From a phage, in sequence record PZ445530.1: a stretch of 64,000 bases of DNA. One strand, 5' to 3'. The translations under genes and the position numbers were made by a program. The notes beneath the pieces were generated by a model, which saw nothing but the letters and a program-made list of their open reading frames with translations, ran no database searches and was not told where the DNA came from. This document shows positions 56,526-64,000 of this stretch, one piece after another. How positions within the stretch are numbered: the stretch's first letter is position 1; every line of letters starts with the position of its first letter.

Positions 56526-56991
56526 CTGCCTTCTTAAAGATCTCCAGCATCTTGTCTATACTTTCTGCTCGCTGATTGTACAGCTTTCCAGCCCCTGGCG
56601 GTGGTGGGAAGCTTGCCCAGCGGCTGCGGCATTTATAAATGGCCTGATGAATACGCCCTTCATCAATGTCGGCGAGAGCCTTGCACTCACGGATCAGTTG
56701 CAACGCAATCTTGTCCTGACTGTCAGGGCCAAAATCTGGTAATCCTAACTGTTTCATGTAGTGTTTAGCAAACTTCTCCAAAACCTGGTAACGCCCAGCA
56801 GCGGAGGAGGTAAGTTTAGCATTTAGCTTAACGTAAACACCGGGATGCTTGCTGTAATCGCTGAACAGCTTGCCTCCGACTATGACATCGTACCCCCGAT
56901 CCTTGGTAGGTTGTCTACCATTATCTGTGCCTTCCGAATATGCGATCATATCCAAGAAAGCTTTTCGTTGAACATTTTTATCAAGTTTCAT
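56503..56991 (-). CDS. endolysin, lambda R-like lytic transglycosylase
   Basis: near-colinear with lambda R: QRKAFLDMIAYSEGTDNGRQ...GYDVIVGG...FSDYSKHPGV...AAGRYQ. Confidence 0.8.
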   Translation of the reverse strand: MKLDKNVQRKAFLDMIAYSEGTDNGRQPTKDRGYDVIVGGKLFSDYSKHPGVYVKLNAKLTSSAAGRYQVLEKFAKHYMKQLGLPDFGPDSQDKIALQLIRECKALADIDEGRIHQAIYKCRSRWASFPPPPGAGKLYNQRAESIDKMLEIFKKAGGVVTDE

Positions 56992-57115
56992 TTTTCATAC
57001 TCTCCAGTTTACTCATAACTAACCCGATCAACAACACTGCATAGTGTGGTTATGTAGGTGCCAATTGAAAAACCATCATTCAATTGGCTACCGTTACCTA
57101 CTGAACCTCCCTACA

Positions 57116-58399
57116 TCATTCCAGCACCTCCCAAGTGTCTGGGTTAACATTTCGGACGCAGATACCGACAGGGAATTGGTAGTTGTTGTCTTCTGTCCTT
57201 GCTTGATATTTGAAGGTGACAAACTTGCCGATCATTTCCTGCATCCTGTCATAGCTACGCTCCTCGTGCGTGCCTTTCATCTTCATTTTAACAACAACAC
57301 CTTCCTTGTCAACACAGATAAGAACACCTTCATCATTCTTATCTTTCTCAACGTCAATAACTTTCACCTCTGCGTCGTTGAACTTTTTCCATTTCAATGC
57401 TTCAGATGTTCGCTGACCATACTCATATTTACCACAGAAGTTACGCATAATGGTACCTTCATATCCTTCAGACATAAATATACCAACAGACTCTTCGCAC
57501 CGATCAACCGTATATGCAAGCTCTGCATCAACAACCTTAATATGATCAAGCATCAAAGAAGTAATAGCACCGTTTGCCTCCATAAGATCCTTACAGCGAC
57601 CAGACTCTGTTTCAGGATCCCACCACACCTTATCGCTAGGAATATCGAAAATATGATACTCTAAGTCGTAGCTGCAGTACCCTCCGTAACGCAAATCATC
57701 ACGAACAGGCTCAACATCAACAGGAATGTCCACCTTGTTGAAGTTTTTGTATGTTGCTAAACCTGCTTTAATCGCAGCCTGACGGCGTTTTTTATCTGCC
57801 TTGTAGTCTTTATCGATCTCGGCCTGAATTTCTTCCTGTGTGCGCCACCGTTTAGCAAGAGACACTATTTTCTGCAAAGGAAGACCATGAATGTATAGTT
57901 CCCCATCAAGTTGTTTAATCCCAGTGGTAGAATGGAAAGAACGAAGTTGCTCTAAAAGCTTTCCTTGAATAGGGTAGGACTTATTACCACGGGAAATAAA
58001 TTTAGGCTCACCATTTTGGAAAACAACAAGCAGACGAAGGCCATCTAACTTACGCAAGATCCAGCAAGGTAATTTAAGTGCCTTGCCACGCTTCAGGTAG
58101 TCATGCACCAGCATGGGTAAAAGATCAACACCCTGCTCGCAATCTTCCATGTTTTCAACATACCCCAGACGGACTTGTTTTTCCCACTTGCTGATAGCCT
58201 CAAGCTCGGCCTGTTGCTCAGCTGTAGTCTCGTTGGCACGACCTACGTTCTTAGGTGTGCATACCGTCTCTTTGTACTGCAGTTTACCATCAAGCTTGCC
58301 AAACTCTACGATAACCTTATCACCATCCGTGAATACTTTCCACTGTTGGTAGCTGCCATCTTTATTCAGTGCGTACAGTGTTGTTTTGATCTGATGCAT
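57116..58399 (-). CDS. ATP-dependent DNA ligase
   Basis: motif I KLDGLR, motif IV EGYEGTIMR, motif V ALKWKKF. Confidence 0.75.
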   Translation of the reverse strand: MHQIKTTLYALNKDGSYQQWKVFTDGDKVIVEFGKLDGKLQYKETVCTPKNVGRANETTAEQQAELEAISKWEKQVRLGYVENMEDCEQGVDLLPMLVHDYLKRGKALKLPCWILRKLDGLRLLVVFQNGEPKFISRGNKSYPIQGKLLEQLRSFHSTTGIKQLDGELYIHGLPLQKIVSLAKRWRTQEEIQAEIDKDYKADKKRRQAAIKAGLATYKNFNKVDIPVDVEPVRDDLRYGGYCSYDLEYHIFDIPSDKVWWDPETESGRCKDLMEANGAITSLMLDHIKVVDAELAYTVDRCEESVGIFMSEGYEGTIMRNFCGKYEYGQRTSEALKWKKFNDAEVKVIDVEKDKNDEGVLICVDKEGVVVKMKMKGTHEERSYDRMQEMIGKFVTFKYQARTEDNNYQFPVGICVRNVNPDTWEVLE

Positions 58400-58668
58400 T
58401 ACTCGGCCTCTTCCTTAAAAATTTTAAACATCTCTTCTTTACTCATTACCAACCAGTCTCCCATAAAGTCAACTAGCCAATCCCCCTGGTACAAGACAAG
58501 GTTACCAAAAGGCTCGACAAGCTCACACATGCGACGAAGATCTCTGGTCCGAACAGGTGACGATGTAAACACACCTGTATCAATCCACCGTTGCAGATCA
58601 GATACTGATGAAGAGCTTCCGTCAAACTGATGTGCTTCTACAGGTTTAGCAAGATTAAATAACGGCAT
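58399..58668 (-). CDS. hypothetical protein
   Basis: 89-aa ORF. Confidence 0.45.
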   Translation of the reverse strand: MPLFNLAKPVEAHQFDGSSSSVSDLQRWIDTGVFTSSPVRTRDLRRMCELVEPFGNLVLYQGDWLVDFMGDWLVMSKEEMFKIFKEEAE

Positions 58669-58963
58669 TGCAGTCCTCCTTCTGTAGTAGGTCTTTTATA
58701 GGATAAACAAGTAAGTGTGGGTCGTAATAACGTATAGTCCTATTCTGCCACACTATGAACTTTATTACAACCAAATTTACAATATCTTTATCACCATGTA
58801 GCCCAACACACACATTTGTCCATATTTTGTGGTTGAAGACCTTGCTATCGATGTAGATTTTAGTGTCAAACTTATCTTCCATTCTACCAATAAGTTTGAT
58901 CAGCTCCTTCATCTGGTCGCCAAACACAGCATCTTTTTCAAGATCTCTGGAATGCTTGTACAT
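58655..58963 (-). CDS. hypothetical protein
   Basis: 102-aa ORF. Confidence 0.45.
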   Translation of the reverse strand: MYKHSRDLEKDAVFGDQMKELIKLIGRMEDKFDTKIYIDSKVFNHKIWTNVCVGLHGDKDIVNLVVIKFIVWQNRTIRYYDPHLLVYPIKDLLQKEDCNAVI

Positions 58964-59025
58964 AACTGACTACCTCACTGCATACTTTCCATAATAAGTA
59001 AAGCCGGGTAATCCCGGCTATGTTG

Positions 59026-59739
59026 TTAAATATACTCTGTTACATCCTTGAAGCTCGAAGGCTTCATAATCTTACCTTTACTGTCAAGGAATATAATAAC
59101 TTTATTGCCGTTGTAGAACTCCTCTTTAGCAACGAAACCTTCGTAGCGACCACCAAAACGACGCTCAAGATCTTTAATCTCCAACTCGATGAGTTGTTCA
59201 GCAGGCATATCTGCACTGGCACCGTGTGAATGCCGTAGATGGTTGATCCGTGCAAACTTACTGTCATTAGATTTTAGAACCTTCCGCATCATCCCACACA
59301 CATCCCCGCTAAGCTGGAACAGCAAAGCTGTTGATAACTCCGCTAGTCGGTAAGCTGACGCTCTTTGCTTGGATGTGTTTTTCGCAGCGATCAGTGTATC
59401 ATAGAACTCACCGATCTTGAACTTAAGACCTCGCGGATTATCAAACAGGTTTGACCACTTTTCGTGGTTATCATTAACAAGATAAGCTGCATAACTTGTG
59501 ACAACGTGAAGATCGCAGGCCTCTTTTAGCAGGTGATCTCCACCATCACCTTTCTCCAGCTCTTCCAAAACCTCATTGAACTCTTCCTCAATGAAGCTAA
59601 GCTGTAATTCGAATGGTGTGTATGATTTTTTCACTTTAGCTGCCACACGGTTCCAGTTTTCCACCCAGTTGGCAGACCAAAGGTAGTTTTCAGGCTGGGA
59701 CAGTTTTTCCAGGTTGTCGATCAGTTTAGTATTCAGCAT
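59026..59739 (-). CDS. hypothetical protein (weak MazG-like EExxE...E..D pattern)
   Basis: IEEEFNEVLEELEKGDGGDHLL. Confidence 0.35.
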   Translation of the reverse strand: MLNTKLIDNLEKLSQPENYLWSANWVENWNRVAAKVKKSYTPFELQLSFIEEEFNEVLEELEKGDGGDHLLKEACDLHVVTSYAAYLVNDNHEKWSNLFDNPRGLKFKIGEFYDTLIAAKNTSKQRASAYRLAELSTALLFQLSGDVCGMMRKVLKSNDSKFARINHLRHSHGASADMPAEQLIELEIKDLERRFGGRYEGFVAKEEFYNGNKVIIFLDSKGKIMKPSSFKDVTEYI

Positions 59740-59752
59740 TAAAGGTCTCCTT

Positions 59753-60286
59753 TTAAAGTTCCATAAAGTTTTCTACAGTTTCAATAAATGCTTTATCAGA
59801 GAAAGCGTCAACAGCACCGTTAAACCATACAGGGATCCCGCGATCCTCATATTGATAAAGGTCGCTACGTGAAATGCCACTTCCATCTGCACTCTGCGAA
59901 TCATACTTGTTTACAATCAGCAGTTTTGTGCCTTTACAAGTAGCAGGAAACAATTCCCAGTTAAAATTAATAACTGTGTTAGAACAACCTACCAGGATCA
60001 CCATATCATTGCTTGTGAGAGATGTCAACAGGTCATACATGTCTGTATACTTAGGAGCAACCTCACCGAAGAACACTACATTGGGCTTAACCCAGGTATA
60101 CTTGCCTGTATCTACCTCCGTGTATCCGATATTTTTAATTACATCATTACCTTCAGCATCTTCGTAGGTGATTTCAGGCAAATACCCGTGGACATGTAAA
60201 ATATCTTCATGTTTTACACCAGCACGCTCCAGCAAATCATCTACATTGGTAGTAAGGTTGATCACACGACCAGACCAGCGGGTCAT
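59753..60286 (-). CDS. Sir2-like (sirtuin-fold) protein, apparently lacking the N-terminal NAD-binding GAGIS region and the Zn-binding cysteines
   Basis: NVDDLLERAG, ILHVHG, KPNVVFFGE, MVILVGCSNTV match sirtuin motifs QNID.LH.RAG / LHG / RP.VV.FGE / LV(I/V)GTS. Confidence 0.45.
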   Translation of the reverse strand: MTRWSGRVINLTTNVDDLLERAGVKHEDILHVHGYLPEITYEDAEGNDVIKNIGYTEVDTGKYTWVKPNVVFFGEVAPKYTDMYDLLTSLTSNDMVILVGCSNTVINFNWELFPATCKGTKLLIVNKYDSQSADGSGISRSDLYQYEDRGIPVWFNGAVDAFSDKAFIETVENFMEL

Positions 60287-60791
60287 GGAGTTTGATTCAT
60301 GTCAAAAACACAGATCTCAGTATGATCACAATCTTGACAGTATGAATGCGGGAATCATCGCCGAGTGGAACTCTGTTGTGTCACCTGCAGACACTGTGTT
60401 CCACTTGGGAGATATTGCGTGCACTAATGATAAGAATATCAACAACTTACTTCCAGATATTCTAAATATGTTGAACGGACATATTATTCTTGTTCGTGGC
60501 AACCATGACACAAGGACGACTGTCAGAATTATGAAAGAGTTCGGTCATGAGGTTGTAGATTATTACGAGCTTCGCCACAACAAGAATTTAATCTGTATGA
60601 GCCATTACCAGTTTGCAAAGTGGAACAGAAAGCCTCACGGATCAGTCCAACTGTTCGGTCATGCTCACGGAACCACACAACAGTTGTTTGGCAGGCAGCT
60701 TGATGTCGGTTGGGATGTGTGGGGGAGACTCTTACCATTAGAAGAGGCATACCGTATTGCAATGAGTTTTGATATTGACAGCAGGGAGTAA
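60285..60791 (+). CDS. metallophosphoesterase-like protein, N-terminal metal-binding motif I absent or degenerate
   Basis: IAEWNSVVSPADTVFHLGDIA (motif II), LVRGNHD (motif III), GHAHG; start abuts the Sir2-like start codon on the other strand. Confidence 0.45.
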   Translation: MEFDSCQKHRSQYDHNLDSMNAGIIAEWNSVVSPADTVFHLGDIACTNDKNINNLLPDILNMLNGHIILVRGNHDTRTTVRIMKEFGHEVVDYYELRHNKNLICMSHYQFAKWNRKPHGSVQLFGHAHGTTQQLFGRQLDVGWDVWGRLLPLEEAYRIAMSFDIDSRE

Positions 60792-60838
60792 TCCCTGCTA
60801 TTTTAAAGAAAATTGCCACACAAGGAGAATCAGGAGAT

Positions 60839-61189
60839 ATGAAAGATGGGGATAAGCTGCTATATCTTAAAGTCCCCCTTGAAATACTATCTATGTCAAA
60901 AGTTTTGAATGACACAACTGGGGAGGTTGTTGTTCTTGACTTGTATGACAAGATCGTATACTGCTACCTGCACAACTGGTATAAGCTTGGAGGAAATTCA
61001 CGCTTCACACCAAGCACAAGGAAAATTGCAGCAGATGTTGGGATAAAGAAAACAAAAGCAGCAGCGTGCGTTAAAACTTTAGAATGTGCAGGAGTGGTTG
61101 AAACATCCACACAAGGGAGAGGTAAAAGATGCACATTTTCCAAAGTTTTGCCACCAGAAGAAGTTATTCGGATGTCAACAACTGGTTAG
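60839..61189 (+). CDS. helix-turn-helix DNA-binding protein
   Basis: STRKIAADVGIKKTKAAACVKTLECAGVV HTH-like segment; SD AGGAGA; immediately upstream of palindromic operator array. Confidence 0.5.
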   Translation: MKDGDKLLYLKVPLEILSMSKVLNDTTGEVVVLDLYDKIVYCYLHNWYKLGGNSRFTPSTRKIAADVGIKKTKAAACVKTLECAGVVETSTQGRGKRCTFSKVLPPEEVIRMSTTG

Positions 61190-61264
61190 ACCAGTAAAAA
61201 CTTAAATATCTGTACTATAAGGATTCGTATGTTTTATGTTCGCCATGGAACGGATACTATTAAC

Positions 61265-61345
61265 TGTCCGTGATACGGACACTACTGTCCGTCACGCGGA
61301 CACATCTGCCCGTAATACGGACACTAACTGTCCGTGATACGGACA
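61265..61345. promoter_or_regulatory. array of four 17-bp palindromic sites TGTCCGT-N3-ACGGACA at 21-22 bp spacing
   Basis: copies at ~61265, ~61286, ~61307, ~61329; copies 1 and 4 perfect. Confidence 0.6.
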
Positions 61346-61349
61346 CATA

Positions 61350-61480
61350 AAGAATATAACTAAAATAACTAAATAATAAAAAATAAAAGATCTAGTACTT
61401 ATGGTACTAAGTACATATACTTAACTTATGTAGAATATACTAGATCCTAAGTACCATGTTTTAAATTTATTACTTACTAT
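61350..61480. repeat. AT-rich region with palindromes (GTACTTA...TAAGTAC)
   Basis: lies between operator array and GC-rich element. Confidence 0.4.
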
Positions 61481-61484
61481 GGGC

Positions 61485-61750
61485 AGTGTCGGCCCTTCAT
61501 TGGCACTCGCCTACGAGGGGCGAGATGCCGGGCCTCCTTGGTGCACACAATAACAGAAGTTCATACATGCAGGTCTGTTAACATGTGTGGGAGCGAAGCG
61601 ATAGCGCAGGCCAAAGGCCGAGCACTGATGTGGACCACCGACGAAAGCTTGCCAGCGCCGTAAGGAGTCGGTTGAGAGTCTCCCGCGCGAGCTTGGATGA
61701 AGTTTATGTGTGGAAACTGACAAGAAGGCCCCTAAATCGCTCCACAGCTA
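61485..61750 (+). ncRNA. candidate structured non-coding RNA (GC-rich island, unknown family)
   Basis: marked local GC excess, long imperfect hairpin ~61491-61534, no credible ORF on either strand. Confidence 0.25.
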
Positions 61751-61850
61751 TATAAACTATACCAGGTAATGCAATCGCACCAGTTTGATAGAAAAGCTCG
61801 TTACAAAGCGATACAGTGAGTTTTTCTATAACTTGAAGAGGGGGGCAGCT

Positions 61851-62429
61851 ATGGGTTCACGCAAAGATGACCGTGAAAAGATTGCAAAACGTTATCAGAA
61901 TGAAGAACAGATGGAGAAAACTTTCAAGTGGAAGCCCGGTTTCCAGCGTAATCATTCTAACGCTCGTGATCGTAAGCATCCGGATAAGTGGCTAACACCG
62001 CCAAATGATGGCATGCAGGTTGGTGATGAGAAGGAGATGTCACCTGGAAAAGATGGCAACTACATTCGCACTAAGGAAGCTGGTCCAAAGGATGACAGCT
62101 ATCTTGTAGATAAGGTTCTTAATGGTATTGATGTAGATGTTGACACTGCACGAAACCTTTTTCTTGGTTGGTATCGTACAGGGTTTTTCGACATCAAGGC
62201 TATTCGTCGTGTTTGTGATATTAAAAAGTCTGCCTATGATGATGACTCCCTACATCGCACTCTGAGACAATACTCAGAGAGATACGGTCATCCAGTTATC
62301 ACTCTTGACGATATTAACGAAGTGATGTATCATGCAGAGGTTGTTGCAGGTAGATTCGGTGATGCATATCTAGATATCCTTTCTGCAAAGGATGAGGTAA
62401 TGTTAAATAAGATTTACTATGAACGCTGA
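61851..62429 (+). CDS. hypothetical protein
   Basis: ATG after GAGGGGGG SD; 192 aa. Confidence 0.5.
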   Translation: MGSRKDDREKIAKRYQNEEQMEKTFKWKPGFQRNHSNARDRKHPDKWLTPPNDGMQVGDEKEMSPGKDGNYIRTKEAGPKDDSYLVDKVLNGIDVDVDTARNLFLGWYRTGFFDIKAIRRVCDIKKSAYDDDSLHRTLRQYSERYGHPVITLDDINEVMYHAEVVAGRFGDAYLDILSAKDEVMLNKIYYER

Positions 62430-62628
62430 GGGGTGCTTAATGAACAATCCGGTAGCAAAGAACTGTACTAAGTTTAACAAGTCTGCGATTCACACTGACA
62501 GGAAAAAGGGCTGGTCTCCTGACATTGACGAGGAGCTTGAGAGTTACTTTGAAGACCTGGTCACTAATGCAGATGAGGTTGCGATTAAAGAATACACAGA
62601 CAGGCGAGATAAGGCCGGAATCTGTTGA
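62419..62628 (+). CDS. hypothetical protein
   Basis: 69-aa ORF overlapping upstream stop. Confidence 0.4.
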   Translation: MNAEGCLMNNPVAKNCTKFNKSAIHTDRKKGWSPDIDEELESYFEDLVTNADEVAIKEYTDRRDKAGIC

Positions 62629-62704
62629 CAAAAATAATGTTACCTGATAAGATCTGCAATATGATGTGATACAATTTTAACTTACGAGGTCTACAGGTAA
62701 TGCT

Positions 62705-62947
62705 ATGTTTAAGGTTAAGCTCGTTTTTCGTTCCATGAATGAGGATTATTTAGAAGATGAAGGTGAATTTCGTGCACTGGATGATGCAATAGATTTTGCC
62801 AACGACTTAGCTTGTATGAATACGGGTTATGGGCTATGCTGTTGGGATGGTGGTGTTCAGATCGGTGATAGCAAGATCTTCTACTTCTACCCTGAGCCTG
62901 ATAACAAACAAATTAAGTATGTTTTATTTATTTGTGCTTTACAATGA
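62705..62947 (+). CDS. hypothetical protein
   Basis: 80-aa ORF. Confidence 0.45.
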   Translation: MFKVKLVFRSMNEDYLEDEGEFRALDDAIDFANDLACMNTGYGLCCWDGGVQIGDSKIFYFYPEPDNKQIKYVLFICALQ

Positions 62948-63291
62948 GGTTGTTTTCGTGTATCATGATGAATATCCAATTTAAAGATGAATTTGATGGC
63001 TTTATCTCCGGATGCTTTGAAACAGGGTTCGGAGAAGGCTGAGTTCCCCTTAGAGGGCTTGATAGTGCACCACACTTAAAATGGTAGGGGCAGCCAGCAC
63101 ATGACGATGTGACCCCAGCCAACCTGTAATAAGGTCTAGCCAAAGCGCGGTAATGGGCTCTGGTAACCCACTTGTTGGGTCTTGCTGGTCCAGGACGCTG
63201 GACAAGTCGCAGGGAATACCACCCTGCGGCGAACTTGACAATCAGTATTTGCTATGATAAAATCCACCTATCACGTGATAATGGAGGAAAC

Positions 63292-63630
63292 ATGGCGGAT
63301 ACAACTAAAAAGCGTCGCCGTAGAGGCAGACCTCTGAAAGAGGAGTCCAACGCCATTCAGCTAGAGAAGAACATCCTTGATATGAAGGAATCTTTTATAG
63401 CGATGGTTCCAGAAGCTCACAAAGTTCTAAGAGAGCTGATGTTGGACCCGAAAACCAAACAAAATATTCGTCAAAGCATTGCAGAGTATGTTCTTGATAA
63501 GGCAGACCGAATGCAGGAAGAATATGATGAGATGTTTGGTGAAGAGGAAGAGGTGGTAGTAGAAGAGGCTGAAAAACCAGCACCTTTTATGCCATTTACC
63601 ACAGAAATACAACCTGTTAGCAATAGCTAA
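63292..63630 (+). CDS. hypothetical protein with basic AT-hook-like N-terminus and acidic C-terminus
   Basis: ATG after GGAGGAAAC SD; KKRRRRGRPLK; upstream promoter TTGACA-17-TAAAAT (~63236). Confidence 0.5.
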   Translation: MADTTKKRRRRGRPLKEESNAIQLEKNILDMKESFIAMVPEAHKVLRELMLDPKTKQNIRQSIAEYVLDKADRMQEEYDEMFGEEEEVVVEEAEKPAPFMPFTTEIQPVSNS

Positions 63631-63639
63631 AATATTTTC

Positions 63640-63668
63640 TTGACAAACTTTGCTTAACAGTGTAATAT
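63640..63668 (+). promoter_or_regulatory. sigma70-type promoter upstream of tRNA genes
   Basis: TTGACA-17nt-TAATAT. Confidence 0.5.
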
Positions 63669-63726
63669 TGTAAACATGGTCTCACACCTTTTCTGGCGGC
63701 TAAGGTGTAAAAGAAAGCCACCCAGT

Positions 63727-63801
63727 GCCCTGTTAGCTTAGTGGATAAAGCAGCGGCCTTCTAAGCCGTTGACACTGGTTCGAGTCCAGTACGGGGTGCC
63801 A
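63727..63801 (+). tRNA. tRNA-Arg (anticodon TCT), CCA encoded
   Basis: cloverleaf folded by hand: 7-bp acceptor, GCTT/AAGC D-stem, anticodon loop CTTCTAA, T-arm ACTGG-TTCGAGT-CCAGT. Confidence 0.75.
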
Positions 63802-63805
63802 AATT

Positions 63806-63892
63806 GGGGAGTTATCCCGTAGAGGTAGCGGTGTAGACTGTAAATCTATTGTCATTACGACTCGGGTGGTTCGACTCCACCACTTCCCACCA
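63806..63892 (+). tRNA. tRNA-Tyr (anticodon GTA), long variable arm, CCA encoded
   Basis: anticodon stem-loop GTAGA-CTGTAAA-TCTAT, T-arm GGTGG-TTCGACT-CCACC; close to E. coli tRNA-Tyr through anticodon and variable arms. Confidence 0.75.
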
Positions 63893-64000
63893 AATTTATA
63901 GTTTTAAATGCATAAATCATACAGATAATGGCATTGATATTTATCGTCGTTTATACTAGTCACTAACTGCTCGAAAATCAGTGTCATTATCAGTATTGTT

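Noticed and set aside
61265-61345. Tandem repeats considered as a possible CRISPR array
   Set aside because: Units are palindromic operator-like sites about 21 bp apart with only 3-4 bp between them; there are no uniform-length unique spacers and no cas genes.
61511-61723. 70-aa minus-strand ORF inside the GC-rich island
   Set aside because: Arg/Ser/Pro-rich composition typical of spurious ORFs in GC-rich non-coding DNA; no SD; runs against the local gene direction.
63000-63250. Moderately GC-rich non-coding stretch upstream of 63292 considered as tRNA or other ncRNA
   Set aside because: No cloverleaf could be folded and no T-loop GTTCRA motif in proper context; more simply explained as the promoter/leader region of the downstream gene (TTGACA-17-TAAAAT at ~63236).
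1-64000. Searched for integrase, repressor/Cro switch, transposase/IS elements and attachment sites
   Set aside because: None recognised; the only mobile-type genes are HNH homing endonucleases and the group I intron, so the window is interpreted as a lytic phage genome rather than a prophage or island.

Overview
64-kb window of a virulent tailed dsDNA phage-like genome; no integrase, repressor or transposase was recognised. Sigma70-type promoters and Shine-Dalgarno sites suggest a Gram-negative (enterobacterial-type) host. Layout: (i) 0.1-15.1 kb, rightward replication module: C5-methyltransferase-like gene, T7-like primase-helicase, family-A DNA polymerase split by a group I intron carrying an HNH endonuclease, SSB-like protein, macro-domain protein and many small ORFs. 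(ii) 15.1-16.1 kb, repeat-rich non-coding stretch. (iii) 16.1-24.9 kb, island of about 25 small genes, most with their own near-consensus sigma70 promoter, 5'UTR hairpin and SD. (iv) 24.9-27.4 kb, AT-rich repeat-dense non-coding zone where the two transcription directions converge. (v) 27.4-60.3 kb, leftward block: tandem family of small acidic paralogs, two methyltransferases, ClpP-like peptidase, PhoH, NrdG/NrdD/glutaredoxin/NrdB/NrdA, ThyX, HAD phosphatase, P-loop kinase, DEDD exonuclease, EndoVII-like and RuvC-like resolvases, flap endonuclease, HNH endonucleases, lambda-R-like endolysin, ATP-dependent DNA ligase, Sir2-like protein. (vi) 60.3-63.9 kb, rightward: metallophosphatase-like gene, HTH protein beside a 4x palindromic operator array and a GC-rich structured non-coding element, small genes, tRNA-Arg(TCT) and tRNA-Tyr(GTA). 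All functional calls are motif recognition by eye with no database search. CDS coordinates are anchored on the supplied ORF track (which uses alternative start codons); coordinates of non-coding features and sub-60-aa ORFs were read off the sequence and may be off by 1-2 nt.
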